From positions 5,332-69,331 of the forward strand of contig JBGSRW010000003.1 in the NCBI GenBank assembly GCA_041737355.1: 64,000 bases of DNA. The letters run 5' to 3'. The notes under the pieces were generated by a model. The model was given only the letters and a program-made list of their open reading frames with translations, did no database searches and was not told the DNA's origin. Origin of the DNA: Patescibacteria group bacterium. Its GTDB lineage: Bacteria; Patescibacteriota; Patescibacteriia; XYB2-FULL-38-15. Positions within the stretch are counted from its first letter, which is position 1; each line of letters starts with the position of its first letter. The translations under genes and the position numbers were made by a program. Shown here piece by piece: positions 46,211 through 56,722 of the stretch.

Positions 46211-49200
46211 TTAATAGATGCTCGCCAAAGACGGCTCTTTCATGGTAATCGAAGCGCCGTTCGGGAAATAGATCATATCCGAGGCGGGAAGAACATTACT
46301 CCAGAGGAAATTGTTGGCGGTGAAAGCCGCTTCGGAGACGACCATTCTTTTCTCCGCGCCCTGGACGTAATAGACATCGGACAACGTGGCGTATTTGATT
46401 AGAGCGCCGGTCGGATAAGAATCGGTTGTAATGTCCGGACCGAAGTTATAATCTCCCCAAAAAATTAATGGCACATCGACAACTCTCTTGGCCCAATCAT
46501 TTCCGTACAATGTTTTGGCCCTGGCCTCGGTCGGCACCCAGCGCAGAAGGCCGTTCGGTTCAACCGCGTAAACCTTCGGGTCGGTTTGAATTTTTACCAA
46601 TACCGTTCCTCCTCTTACCACTACGTTTTTACCAAGTGAAATGCCCCTCAACTGATCGTCGGAAACCGTTTTAACGCCGGACCAATCAAGATACCATGTC
46701 CGGTAAGTCAGGGAATTCGGAAAAAGATGGCGTTTATTGTCCGAACCGTAATAGTAAACTGCCGAACTCAAACTGCTCTTGATTAAATCGCCCACTTTAA
46801 GACCTGAAGGAATTTCTACGGGCGGCGGAGTTGCTCCGCTTGCGAAGATCACGGCAGCTGTCTGGTCGATAACTACTCCGCCGGCATTGGCCGTGTAAGT
46901 TGAAGTGCCCGCTGTGCCTGACTTTACTTTGAAAGTAGCTTTCCCGTCTGCACCGGTTGTGCCAGCAACAGTGGTTACCGTATCGGTTGCCCCGCGGCTT
47001 GAAGAAATGGTTACTGCTTTTCCGGAAAAAGCGGCGCCCGATTCGTCTTTTGCCGTAATAGTGATAGTCGATTCGCTAACTCCGTCAGCAATAAGCGAAG
47101 ATGGGGAAGCAATAATAGTCGACTTGGAAGCGGAGACCGTCGGAGCAGTGTAGTTGATGATGAAATCGGCGTCGGAAATATCAGAGGCCAAAAGACCGCC
47201 GGCGCTGTCATAGCCGTCGATTTTTATTTTTGCCGTTCCGGAAGAAATGTTTGGCACGGTCCATAAGTAAGTTCCGTCATTTGCCTCGTCTTCGGCAACA
47301 ACATTGGCAAAGGTCACGCCGCGATCGGTTGAGTAATATAATTTGACTTTACTGACACCCGTTCCGGTTGAAAACCAGGTAATGTTGCGACTGGAATTAC
47401 CGGCCCAAGCCTCTCCGCCGTTCGGCGCGTTCAAGGTAATCGTAATCGGCGCACCTCCGCCCCCTCCGCCACCGCCTCCGCCTCCACCAGCAACAGTAGT
47501 AAAGCTCCATGGATTTGGCACTAAGCTCCCCGACAATGAATTAGCAGATGGATCATCTCCTGCTGTAATTTGCTGGGTATAGCTGGTGCTATTTGCAAAT
47601 GCTGTATGAGAATAAGTCGCGATGCTACTTCCTCCAGACCAAACCGCTGCCCAGCCACCTGGGTTAGGAGCTGAAGTTTTAATCACTGTGCCAGTATTCA
47701 TCGGTTCGCTGAAAGTGACTACCACACTTGCTGTTGTCGTGGCTCCTGTTGCTCCACTAGCCGGCGAAGTACTGACAATAAACGGCGCAGCCCAATCATT
47801 ATAAATTGCCTGAGTCTGTTCCACCCCGGCATTATTTATATTGCCGGCTGCATCCTCTAAAGAAAATGGAATCCCGCCTCCCTGGCTGAAAATACGTATC
47901 GTCCCCGCATTGTTTGTATCAACAACGGTCGCTTCCGTGCCCAGACTAACGATTGTGGAGGAAACTGTGCCTGTAATCAAATCAGTTGCATCCGGACCAA
48001 AACCGGCGCCGTCAAAATCACCGTCATCAAATAGATTCAAATTGTCAGCGCTTAGGGTGCTTGCAGCCACTACTGGTTCTGAATAACCAACAGTAAAGCG
48101 GTCAATCTTGCCATCAAAATCCGAGTCCTGATAGGAAAAATATCTAATAACCGGTGCCGCGCCGTCGGCCGCATTGCCCGGAGCTCCGGCTGTATTCAAA
48201 TCATTGCCATACAAATCCTGTGCATTGGCGGAAGTCCAGGTCAAAGCAGGAGTAGCACCCGTATCGGGAGTACCGCTTTCTGTCAAAGCGTAAACTAAAG
48301 TTGTTGTACCCGTTCCGGAACTGGCACCTATATTCACAGGATAACCGGTAACGGCAAAAGCATTATAATCAGGATCCACGGTTGCTTCGGTATAAACGGC
48401 GGTTATCCGATCGATTTGGCCATTGCCATCTGCATCACCCGTGGTAACAGTGATACCACCGGTGCCGGAAGTATCAATAACTATATTGCTCGTATCGGCG
48501 ATATTATTGGGAGCGCCGGGAACACCCGAACCGCTCTGGTAATTACCAACCACATCATATACGCCTTCACCTCCGAATGGAATCGAACTTACTGTCAGGT
48601 CTGCGGAATCTTCACCGCTATTGGTGGGACCGACATTATAAAAACCATAAACAGTGTTACCGGAGACATTACCCCACCCCACGGTTACACCATTATCCAA
48701 AGTAATGGTAAGTGAACTTGCGCCTGATAAAGGTTCATCGTAAGTGGCGGTAACGTTAACGCTCGATCCGGGTCCATAAGTATCGTCAGCAGTGGTTGAA
48801 GTGAAACTCACCAATGTAGGTGCGGTCACGTCGATTACAATATCGCCAGCATCGCCAATGTTATTTGGCGCACCAGGAACACCGGAAGCCGCCTGAATAT
48901 TGCCATACAAATCAGTCGCACCTTCGACCGTAATTGAGGCAACGGTCAGATCCGAAGAATCTTCACCGCTGCCCGTTGCGCCAACCCAATAGGTGCTATC
49001 CAAAACACTGCCGGTAATATTATTTAAGACGACAGCAACGCCATTATCCAAAACTACGGTAACCGAACTACCACCGGCTAAAGGTTCGTCATAATTGGCG
49101 GCGACATTAACAGGAGATCCCGGTCCATAAGTACCATCCGCTGCAAGTGAAGTAAAGCTTTGTAGAGTCGGCGCAACGGTATCTTTGAATACTGTGCTTG

Positions 49201-51871
49201 TAGATGGCCCGCCCGAATTTAATGCCGGATCGGTCAACTGTACTGTAAGAGTAAGTACGCCGTCAGCCAACGATGAAACATCTATCGGTCCTATTGTATC
49301 GGTAGGTGTTGCAATTATTCCTGATCCTATTACCGTACCTAAAGCCGTATCTCTGATTGTATAATCATATGTTGATCCAACTTCTGCGCCAGTAAAAGTG
49401 AAAGTTAATGCAGTTTCATTTGCAAAATTAATATAGGGCTGATCAATCGCCGCCGTATATCCAAAAGGAGCGGCCCCGTCGTCCACCATAACCGGCCCGC
49501 CTGGCGGGGTAGTTTCGGCAAAGTTATAGCCGATCACCGCGATTGTGTCCGAAACGCTGTTATTGTTGTCGCCATTATTATATAAAATAGTCGGGTCAAC
49601 GGCGCCGCCGGTTTCACCAGCGTCAGCTGTGATTAAAACATCAAGAGTAAAACCTGCGCTCGCGTCATCAGGAGCAGAGGAAAAAGCCGCATTTATATCG
49701 CCTCCGGTAATTGTCCAATCACTGATGGTACTAGTGCTGCCGCCGGGCGCTGTCCCCATAAGCACATGTTCCGACCAAGTCGTTTCAATGGTATCAACTG
49801 TTCCGTCGCTATTATTATCAAGATATTCGGCGGAAACAATAACCGGCTTTGCAGCGTCGAGCACGGTTGTGGTTGAGATATTAGCCGCGTTATTTCCGTT
49901 CAAATCCGCAATGTATTGAGTAGAATATGTGTAAGCAATCTGCGGCTCCACTCCTCCGCCCCAGCCCGCGACGCCGGTTTGGTCTGGCGAAGTTCCGCTG
50001 ACATCAAGGATAATAAAACCACTCATCCCATTAGCGCAACCCAAGCCGCCAAAAGCGCAGCCGGAAACATCAAAACCGGTCAAGTCGTTGGCTGTTGCCG
50101 TCCACTCGCTGTCATCGTAGGCGGTGCCCAAGGCGGCATAAGTCACCGGCTCGGAATAAAGAATCAGCAAGTCGTTAACTATGTTGTTTGGTGTTTCAGG
50201 ATAAGCTATGCGACTATCGCCGGCGGTCACCGTGCCGGAAGTATCAAGGTCGTCATAAACATATTCTTTTCCCGGAGACCAAGTGCCGTCAGCGCCGGTA
50301 ACTTTACACTGAGTAAGTGTTTCGATAACGCTACCGATATCACCATCTCCTCCTGCGACTGTGGAGCCGGACGAGTAAGTCCCGCTAAAGACCTCTGTAA
50401 GCCTCACATCACCAATGGATACAAGGTTATTTGTGTCGTTGTCAGTATAAACATCTTCGCCACCATCCCATTGATTGGCCGTGCCGCCGGTTCCCACAGC
50501 GCAATTGACCAAAGATTGAATTGCTAAACCAATGTCTACATCCCCTCCACCAACCGTTCCCGGAGTGCCCGGCGCGGTATCCATATTCACATAACCAGTG
50601 GCCAGAAAAACCGGTAAAGCTTTATCCGTGGAAGCAACCGGCGCACCGTCAACTGCTAAAAGATTTCCCGCCGTGTCAGCCAGATTTCCGTTAGCCGTTA
50701 TTTGGGTATTTGGCGTAGCGGCCGTGTCGCAACCACTCTGGTCAAAAATGCCGCAAGTTCCGGCATTTTCCACCAATAAAACCCTGAAAATATTATCATT
50801 TGAAACCGCGCCGGTGTCGTAACCGGTTACCGTGTAACCTGCCACGGTTATTGTCAAACTGGAAAAATTATCATTTAAATTTTCCGAAGCGGTAAAATTA
50901 ATTTCGTCGATTTTCCCGTTACTGCCCGCATCGCCCGTTTCGCGAGCCGTCACAACCGGATTTAACGTATCAACTGAAATACCTTCTCCCCCTCCGACAT
51001 AGGCAGTCTGGAAATTACCATGCTGATCTTTGGCTCCAGTAATGTTATCAACGGTTAAAGTCTGGGCTTCATTCACGTCAGCCACAGTGAATTTGCTGCG
51101 GAAAGTGTTTTGATCCAGCCATTTATAGGATGGCAAACCCTCTATAGGCTCCAAAGTCAAAGTGCCTGAAGTGATAATGTCGGGGAGAAAGCCTACCGTA
51201 GGATTTACGGACGAATCCATAGTGTCCCAAGGAGTGCCTCCAACGGCGGCAATATTGGCGTAATCATAAGTGAGATGAAATATTCCCGCAGTGACAACCG
51301 AATCGTTTATGAAAGTAGTACTTGGGGAAACGGCAGATACTACCGGCGCCGATGTATCAACTATATTCGCCATGCTATTGCTGAGTAGTGTTACGCCACC
51401 AAGGTCATCGCTATCTCTGGCAGTTACGACCACCTGTGAGGCCGCATTACCCGCGCCAACATCAATACCACTGGCGGCAGCATCGAGTATCACAAAATCA
51501 AGCCGCCAAACATCTCCCGCGCCATTATTGCAGGTTTGCACCGCCAAAACTTCCGTAGCCGTCCCGCCGTATTTTGCTAAATCAACTGTTGCGGTTGGAA
51601 GAGAAGTTGTACAATCGCCATTTGCTATATTATCAGCGTTAGTGATAGTCGCATCAATTCGGATAGTATCTCCAATATTGGCAAATGTATTTACGTCTGC
51701 ATCAGTTAACAATGTTAATGAAACATTATTAATGGTGATACTTAGCGGTGCGGCCTTAACTTCATTTTTTGACATATTCACGTAAATGCCGATACCCAAA
51801 CTAAAAATCATCGAGATTGCCACCGACACCGGCAATATTTTGAAAAATCCTTTTTTAAATTTTTCTGCCAT
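46211..51871 (-). CDS. Giant secreted cell-surface protein (1886 aa) with Ig-like/cadherin-like repeats, a poly-Gly linker and the shared module at the C-terminus
   Basis: Signal/anchor at the N-terminus. Long beta-rich, Thr/Gly/Asp-rich repeats. The G14 run is encoded around 47452-47493. C-terminal GDLIKSSLSSAVYYYGSDNKRHLFP...WY...VKTVS. Confidence 0.65.
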   Translation of the reverse strand: MAEKFKKGFFKILPVSVAISMIFSLGIGIYVNMSKNEVKAAPLSITINNVSLTLLTDADVNTFANIGDTIRIDATITNADNIANGDCTTSLPTATVDLAKYGGTATEVLAVQTCNNGAGDVWRLDFVILDAAASGIDVGAGNAASQVVVTARDSDDLGGVTLLSNSMANIVDTSAPVVSAVSPSTTFINDSVVTAGIFHLTYDYANIAAVGGTPWDTMDSSVNPTVGFLPDIITSGTLTLEPIEGLPSYKWLDQNTFRSKFTVADVNEAQTLTVDNITGAKDQHGNFQTAYVGGGEGISVDTLNPVVTARETGDAGSNGKIDEINFTASENLNDNFSSLTITVAGYTVTGYDTGAVSNDNIFRVLLVENAGTCGIFDQSGCDTAATPNTQITANGNLADTAGNLLAVDGAPVASTDKALPVFLATGYVNMDTAPGTPGTVGGGDVDIGLAIQSLVNCAVGTGGTANQWDGGEDVYTDNDTNNLVSIGDVRLTEVFSGTYSSGSTVAGGDGDIGSVIETLTQCKVTGADGTWSPGKEYVYDDLDTSGTVTAGDSRIAYPETPNNIVNDLLILYSEPVTYAALGTAYDDSEWTATANDLTGFDVSGCAFGGLGCANGMSGFIILDVSGTSPDQTGVAGWGGGVEPQIAYTYSTQYIADLNGNNAANISTTTVLDAAKPVIVSAEYLDNNSDGTVDTIETTWSEHVLMGTAPGGSTSTISDWTITGGDINAAFSSAPDDASAGFTLDVLITADAGETGGAVDPTILYNNGDNNNSVSDTIAVIGYNFAETTPPGGPVMVDDGAAPFGYTAAIDQPYINFANETALTFTFTGAEVGSTYDYTIRDTALGTVIGSGIIATPTDTIGPIDVSSLADGVLTLTVQLTDPALNSGGPSTSTVFKDTVAPTLQSFTSLAADGTYGPGSPVNVAANYDEPLAGGSSVTVVLDNGVAVVLNNITGSVLDSTYWVGATGSGEDSSDLTVASITVEGATDLYGNIQAASGVPGAPNNIGDAGDIVIDVTAPTLVSFTSTTADDTYGPGSSVNVTATYDEPLSGASSLTITLDNGVTVGWGNVSGNTVYGFYNVGPTNSGEDSADLTVSSIPFGGEGVYDVVGNYQSGSGVPGAPNNIADTSNIVIDTSGTGGITVTTGDADGNGQIDRITAVYTEATVDPDYNAFAVTGYPVNIGASSGTGTTTLVYALTESGTPDTGATPALTWTSANAQDLYGNDLNTAGAPGNAADGAAPVIRYFSYQDSDFDGKIDRFTVGYSEPVVAASTLSADNLNLFDDGDFDGAGFGPDATDLITGTVSSTIVSLGTEATVVDTNNAGTIRIFSQGGGIPFSLEDAAGNINNAGVEQTQAIYNDWAAPFIVSTSPASGATGATTTASVVVTFSEPMNTGTVIKTSAPNPGGWAAVWSGGSSIATYSHTAFANSTSYTQQITAGDDPSANSLSGSLVPNPWSFTTVAGGGGGGGGGGGGAPITITLNAPNGGEAWAGNSSRNITWFSTGTGVSKVKLYYSTDRGVTFANVVAEDEANDGTYLWTVPNISSGTAKIKIDGYDSAGGLLASDISDADFIINYTAPTVSASKSTIIASPSSLIADGVSESTITITAKDESGAAFSGKAVTISSSRGATDTVTTVAGTTGADGKATFKVKSGTAGTSTYTANAGGVVIDQTAAVIFASGATPPPVEIPSGLKVGDLIKSSLSSAVYYYGSDNKRHLFPNSLTYRTWYLDWSGVKTVSDDQLRGISLGKNVVVRGGTVLVKIQTDPKVYAVEPNGLLRWVPTEARAKTLYGNDWAKRVVDVPLIFWGDYNFGPDITTDSYPTGALIKYATLSDVYYVQGAEKRMVVSEAAFTANNFLWSNVLPASDMIYFPNGASITMKEPSLASIY

Positions 51872-52049
51872 ATTTTTCTAAAATTATTTATTTTTTTATA
51901 TTAAAAAACCCTCTTTCGAGAGTATTAAAATTCTTTCCCTCCTGCGGGGTCTTGTAGAAAACGACAAGCACGGGTAAATTTTCATAACTTCTCTTAGTCT
52001 ATAAAATATTCCCAAATTTAGCAAGGAATCTTATCCACACGCTTGTGGA

Positions 52050-54215
52050 TTACTCAATATAGAGAGCTCTTCCTGCAAGGGGTAATCCCTCTACCAAATA
52101 TCCCAAGGCATCTTTATCGCCGTCGTTCCATTCAAAATTATTTTTGGAAAAATCTTCTTCGGCACCGTCGCCCAAAAGATTGACCCAAACTTTTTGCGGA
52201 CCGTACTGACTTCCATAAATTAAACCAGAAGTGTTAAGTTCTAAAACCAAAGTCCGCGTTGCGCCGGCGGCAACGAAAATTTCTGAGCCGTAATTAAAAG
52301 TAAATTTCAAAATGCCATAATCGTTTTCGTTGGTCTCGAAACCGGGCGAAGCGACAACCGTCCTCGTGCTTGCGTCATAAATTCCGTAGGAAATACTGCC
52401 GGAATATCCTTCAGCCAGGGCATTATCCAAATTTTCGGCAAAATGCAAATCGGCATGGCCGATATTATTTCCGTAATCTGAATTAATTTCAAGCAATTTT
52501 TCCAACAAATCATTGCTTGTCCCGTCCGTGTCAACATCGTCTGAATAAACCGCGAAAGTCAGTTCCTTAACTTTAGACGGACCGGCCTCATCGGAGGCAA
52601 TATCAAATTTCGTTACCTCGGTAAATCCCCTGCCGGCCGGACCGAGCGGTGTTTCCGGATTCAGGGTAACCTTGATTTTTGTTTTTTTAATCAACATTTC
52701 GGCCGCGGCCTTGGCCTTGTTTTCAATCTGGCCGTATCCAAAATTTATATCCCAAAAATCAACCCCAGAAATTTGTCCTTCGGCTTCAAAATCGGTCTCG
52801 GTCAAGGTGAAAGACGGCCGGTCGCCGCTTATAGCTCCTCCGGCCGAAGTTTTAATATCGGCAAAAATTGAAAGTATCGCTCCTTCGCGCGGCACATAAA
52901 AATCTAAATCGTAGAAAGTTATTTTTCCAAGCCAAAGATTTTCTATTTTTGTTACAATTGTCCCGTCCCATTTCGGATAACTTATCCAAATTTTTTTGAT
53001 ATTCCGGTCATAATCTGGCAATTTATTGACTAATGAAATTTTCTTGACCAAAAACGGCTCATTCACCCCGGAAAATTTCAATCGGTTGAATTCGACTCCC
53101 AACCTTCCCATCGGAACAATCGCCGAACTTGGCGCGCCGATATCCGTTTCTATTTTCAAAATTCCGTTGTGCAAAATGGTTATTATGGCGAGTGGTTTTG
53201 CCCCGCCGTTTGGCTCGTCGCCCGAAGCCGAAATAAATTTTCCTAACCCGTCTTTTGCCTCAATGTCCTGGCCTGCCTTAGAAATATCAAAAGCGAAACG
53301 GTCGTCGTTCAGATACGGCGCCCCGGAATAGAAATCAACTTTAACGAATAAATGTTTTGTCGCTCCGGCCGGAATCGTCCAGTCCAAATTTTGAAAATAA
53401 ATTTTTCCGTCAACTGCCGGGGAAACGGGGCCGGCCAAAAGATTCCCTTCCTCGTCGTAAAGATAAACTAAAGAAACCAAATCCTGGATATAAACCGGCG
53501 AACCGTCATCCGAATCGTTACCAATGCCAAAATCAGGATCGCCCTGAACTTCGTCAACATAACTCGTTAAAGCCAATTTGGTTATGGTGATATCGCTCCC
53601 CCCGCCCACTCCGAATCTGAAAGCCGCGGCCGAAACCAATTTGCTATTTTTCACGTAAACGGCGGAGGAAACTCTGTCGGAAAAAGAAATCGCCAAGCTT
53701 CCCGGCCCAATCGGCTCTACCGGCGTCGATGCCGGTTCCCCGGAGAGAATCGGCTCGCCGATTTTGTAGCCGGCAAAAATAATTTCCGGCAAATCGTCAA
53801 TCAAACTCTGCCAATTTGTTCCGTAGCGCGAGACGGCTATCTCTGGCGTCGCAAGATGGCGCAAGAGACCATACTCGCTTACCTCGTAAACTTCCGGGCG
53901 GTTCGGCAATTTCAGAAGCCTAATCCCTGGTTTATAAAAACGGGCCCCGCCCGGGAAAATATTTTCCAGTTCTGCCCCGCTTATTGTTTTTACTCCGGAA
54001 AAATCGTTGTACCAGGAACGGTAGGTTTTTTCGTTCGGAAAAACATAGCGCTTGCCGTCACTCCCAAGATAATAAACCGCCGGCGAACTGCCTTTTATAA
54101 GGTCGCCAGCGGAAAAAGTTATTGCTTTGGCTTCGTGAAAAATGGAACAACAGAAAAAAATGAAGCTAAAAAAACAAAATAATCTAAAAGTATTATAATT
54201 TTTCCATTTAGACAT
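52050..54215 (-). CDS. Secreted large protein with the shared module at the N-terminus
   Basis: 721 aa. Signal peptide, then GDLIKGSSPAVYYLGSDGKRYVFP...SWY...VKTIS. The rest is beta-rich with no known motif. Confidence 0.6.
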   Translation of the reverse strand: MSKWKNYNTFRLFCFFSFIFFCCSIFHEAKAITFSAGDLIKGSSPAVYYLGSDGKRYVFPNEKTYRSWYNDFSGVKTISGAELENIFPGGARFYKPGIRLLKLPNRPEVYEVSEYGLLRHLATPEIAVSRYGTNWQSLIDDLPEIIFAGYKIGEPILSGEPASTPVEPIGPGSLAISFSDRVSSAVYVKNSKLVSAAAFRFGVGGGSDITITKLALTSYVDEVQGDPDFGIGNDSDDGSPVYIQDLVSLVYLYDEEGNLLAGPVSPAVDGKIYFQNLDWTIPAGATKHLFVKVDFYSGAPYLNDDRFAFDISKAGQDIEAKDGLGKFISASGDEPNGGAKPLAIITILHNGILKIETDIGAPSSAIVPMGRLGVEFNRLKFSGVNEPFLVKKISLVNKLPDYDRNIKKIWISYPKWDGTIVTKIENLWLGKITFYDLDFYVPREGAILSIFADIKTSAGGAISGDRPSFTLTETDFEAEGQISGVDFWDINFGYGQIENKAKAAAEMLIKKTKIKVTLNPETPLGPAGRGFTEVTKFDIASDEAGPSKVKELTFAVYSDDVDTDGTSNDLLEKLLEINSDYGNNIGHADLHFAENLDNALAEGYSGSISYGIYDASTRTVVASPGFETNENDYGILKFTFNYGSEIFVAAGATRTLVLELNTSGLIYGSQYGPQKVWVNLLGDGAEEDFSKNNFEWNDGDKDALGYLVEGLPLAGRALYIE

Positions 54216-54228
54216 TGAACAAATTAAT

Positions 54229-55914
54229 TTATTCTATATTTTTATCCTGCCCGACCGTCAAAACCGCCTGTTCGGCTGCGAGACTGTAATCGGCAACAGC
54301 GTTAATTTCCGTTCCGATCGTGTAATTAGCGAGCAATGCTTCCGGAATAGCAATAATTTGTCCCTCCCAAGTCCCGCCCCAGATTGAAGCAGCTATTTCC
54401 GCGGTTTTAACCCAGCGGAGAACGCCGCCTTTTGAAACGGCATAAACCTTAGGATCCATGACATGCCATGGGGTATCCATGCTGACTACCTGGACTAATT
54501 TGCCTGGGCGAACAGTCACATTTCCGCCGAATGGGATTGCAATGAGATCCGCGTCAGACAGGGTCCGGACAGTTGAAAAACTTGTACCATACCACGAGAA
54601 ATATGCGGCTGCGTATGGGAATACATATCTCTTCGCATCGGCGCCATAGTAATAAACGGCTGTGCCGGAACTGCGGATAAGACCTCCGGCAACTAAGGAC
54701 ACGGCGCTGAAATTAATTGTTGGTTTTTGGTTTAAAGAAATGTTGGAAGCAACCGCGGTCAAAACCGAGCTCCCGGCCTCGCTTGAGCTTATTTCAAAAA
54801 TGGCAATTCCGTCCGTGCCGGTTGTGTCTTTGACTACCGTAATTTTGTCGGCTGTCCGGCTTGAGGTTATGGAAACGGTTTTCCCCGATAAAGGGCTGCC
54901 TGCAGAATTTTTTACGGTCACGGTCACGCTGGCTTTTGCCATACCATCTGCCAAAAGAGTCGTCGGAACCGCTTCAATCGTGGACAAACTTATTGAAGGA
55001 GAAATCAGGGCTGTCTGGTCAACCGTCACGGCGATGCCAGCGCCCGGCGTTTCGTTGTTGCCAATCCAGTCGGTGCCATAAACTTTAATCACATAGCTAC
55101 CACTTGCAATTGCCGTCCAATTATATTCCCAAGTCGAATAGTTTGCTCCGATGCCTGTCACGTCAACCCAATTATCAGCCCCGCCGACCGGAGCGATGGA
55201 AATTTTCACCAAAGCCGGAGTTGAACCGCCCTGGTCGCGGGAAACTCCGCTAATTTTATAAGTTGTTGTGGAAATCGTCGCACCGTCGTTCGGATCCAAA
55301 ATCAAAGTTTTTGGCGCGCTGACATCGGTTGAGGAGGTCAAGATTGTCTGATAATTCGGATTGATAATTGTTTCAGCCGGACCCATTGCCGAACCTAAAA
55401 ACAAACCTGTGTCGCCGATATCAAATTGGCCGATCGTTCCGCCGTCAAGCAAACCCGGGATTTTCATCCGCACGGTTTTTTGCGCCGTAATCGCCGCTCT
55501 TGAGGCTGTTTCAATGCTTACAAAAAGGCGCAGGCCCGAGCTTGGAACTGCCTTTGATAAATCTGCCAGATACCAATACTCGCCAATTTCCGTTCTTGTT
55601 GCTTCGCCTAATTTTTCATCAACTTCCATTCCCTGGAAACCGGCCGGACCGGCGTCGACCCAGACCACGACTTTGGAAATTTCGTAAATATTGCGGGCTG
55701 TTCCGTCGTTCGCCAAGGTTATTGCCCGAAGCGTATCGGCCATTCCGTCTGTCCGCGCCACGGTGAAATCCATGGCCAGCCGGTCAAACTCGGAAGGATA
55801 AAAATAAACCTGCGGCGCCCCGGTGTTTGTGACCGTAAGCGTTGCGGCAACCGCGCCCACTGGAAAGCAAGGCAGGATAAGCGAAAATGCTACTAAAAAA
55901 ATGATTTTTTTCAT
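54229..55914 (-). CDS. Secreted Ig-like domain protein with the shared module at the C-terminus
   Basis: Likely start is the ATG at 55914 (MKKIIFLVAFSLILPCFPVGA signal peptide). The track ORF extends to 55977 and overlaps the TPR gene. C-terminal GGLIRSSGTAVYYYGADAKRYVFP... is about 80% identical to the N-terminal module of the 56723-60289 protein. Confidence 0.6.
   Translation of the reverse strand: MKKIIFLVAFSLILPCFPVGAVAATLTVTNTGAPQVYFYPSEFDRLAMDFTVARTDGMADTLRAITLANDGTARNIYEISKVVVWVDAGPAGFQGMEVDEKLGEATRTEIGEYWYLADLSKAVPSSGLRLFVSIETASRAAITAQKTVRMKIPGLLDGGTIGQFDIGDTGLFLGSAMGPAETIINPNYQTILTSSTDVSAPKTLILDPNDGATISTTTYKISGVSRDQGGSTPALVKISIAPVGGADNWVDVTGIGANYSTWEYNWTAIASGSYVIKVYGTDWIGNNETPGAGIAVTVDQTALISPSISLSTIEAVPTTLLADGMAKASVTVTVKNSAGSPLSGKTVSITSSRTADKITVVKDTTGTDGIAIFEISSSEAGSSVLTAVASNISLNQKPTINFSAVSLVAGGLIRSSGTAVYYYGADAKRYVFPYAAAYFSWYGTSFSTVRTLSDADLIAIPFGGNVTVRPGKLVQVVSMDTPWHVMDPKVYAVSKGGVLRWVKTAEIAASIWGGTWEGQIIAIPEALLANYTIGTEINAVADYSLAAEQAVLTVGQDKNIE
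54301..54700. repeat. Dispersed repeat copy A, module-coding DNA; about 80-85% identical to 59770-60170 and includes an exact 39-nt match at 54421-54459
   Basis: By-eye alignment of the two regions. The exact shared 39-mer is aacgccgccttttgaaacggcataaaccttaggatccat. Confidence 0.7.
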
Positions 55915-55936
55915 AAAGCTTAATTTATTTAAAAAA

Positions 55937-56599
55937 TTATTTCTTAAGCTCTTCCAAATCTTTCTTTGCTGTTTCATTATCCGGCGATAGTTTTACCAAT
56001 TTTTCATACCACATAATTGCCTCTTCTTTCGGACCGAACTCTTTGTAATAAACCGCGAGTTGTCCAACAAATTCAGCCTCTATTTCTGGATTATTTTTAA
56101 TGCCTTTCTTTAGAATTACGGGTATCTCTGCCCTTTTCCCCGGCAACTGATAATGGTAAAGATCTACCAAGCTGCGGTAAGCGGAAAGCCATTTAGGGTT
56201 TGTATCAATAATTTTCAAATAGGCCACTTCTGATTTGTCGTACTGCTGATTTCTTGTGTAAAGCTCGGCAACGTTCCCCAAAAGCAAAGTATCGGTCGGC
56301 CTAATTTCGAGGGCTGCTTCGTAAAGTTTTATTGCTTCAACGATGTCTCCCTTTTCCCTTTTCCAGGAAGCCAAGGCAAGATAGGCATCAACGTTTGTCG
56401 CGTCAGTCTTTAATTTTTCATAGGCATCTTTGATATTGGCCGGCAGTTCTTCCGCCTTTTCCCCGGAAAAAAGAGAAACAACGTAATTTTTCAGGTCTCC
56501 AACCTTCCCCTGCCAACGCCAAGTCTGCCAGGCCAAAAGCCCGCCTAAAATGAAAACAACCGCTACAACAACAATAATAATTTTTGCTTTTTTGGACAT
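55937..56599 (-). CDS. Membrane-anchored tetratricopeptide-repeat protein
   Basis: 220 aa. N-terminal TM (IIIVVVAVVFILGGLLA). At least four TPR-like helical repeats (AYLALASW..., AIKLYEAALEI..., AELYTRNQQYDKSEVAYLKII...). Confidence 0.7.
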   Translation of the reverse strand: MSKKAKIIIVVVAVVFILGGLLAWQTWRWQGKVGDLKNYVVSLFSGEKAEELPANIKDAYEKLKTDATNVDAYLALASWKREKGDIVEAIKLYEAALEIRPTDTLLLGNVAELYTRNQQYDKSEVAYLKIIDTNPKWLSAYRSLVDLYHYQLPGKRAEIPVILKKGIKNNPEIEAEFVGQLAVYYKEFGPKEEAIMWYEKLVKLSPDNETAKKDLEELKK

Positions 56600-56669
56600 A
56601 TTTTTTCCTCCCTTTTAATTCTAAGGACTTACCTTTATTTTATCACAAAACATTGATTGCGGCAAAATC

Positions 56670-56703
56670 AAAACAGGGAGCCGGAGAGGCTCCCTGTTTT
56701 TTC
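56670..56703 (-). terminator. Rho-independent terminator 3' of the 1188-aa surface protein gene (hairpin usable on both strands)
   Basis: acagggagcc-ggaga-ggctccctgt flanked by T-runs on both strands. Confidence 0.6.
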
Positions 56704-56722
56704 TATTTCAACGAATAACCGA

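Noticed and set aside
42300-48000. Possible CRISPR array suggested by short recurring sequences
   Set aside because: Every recurring element found is a protein-coding tandem repeat (FG-GAP, Ig-like, poly-Gly). Spacing and content do not match CRISPR, and no cas genes are present.
46468-51785. Numerous 60-200-aa ORFs on the plus strand inside the 5.7-kb giant gene (for example 49916-50527, 49545-49919, 51291-51785)
   Set aside because: Antisense of a long, Thr/Gly/Ala-rich, relatively GC-rich gene. No independent support.
52031-52052. Hairpin atccacacgcttgtggat overlapping the stop codon of the 52050-54215 gene
   Set aside because: No U-run follows on the minus strand, so it is not a convincing intrinsic terminator.
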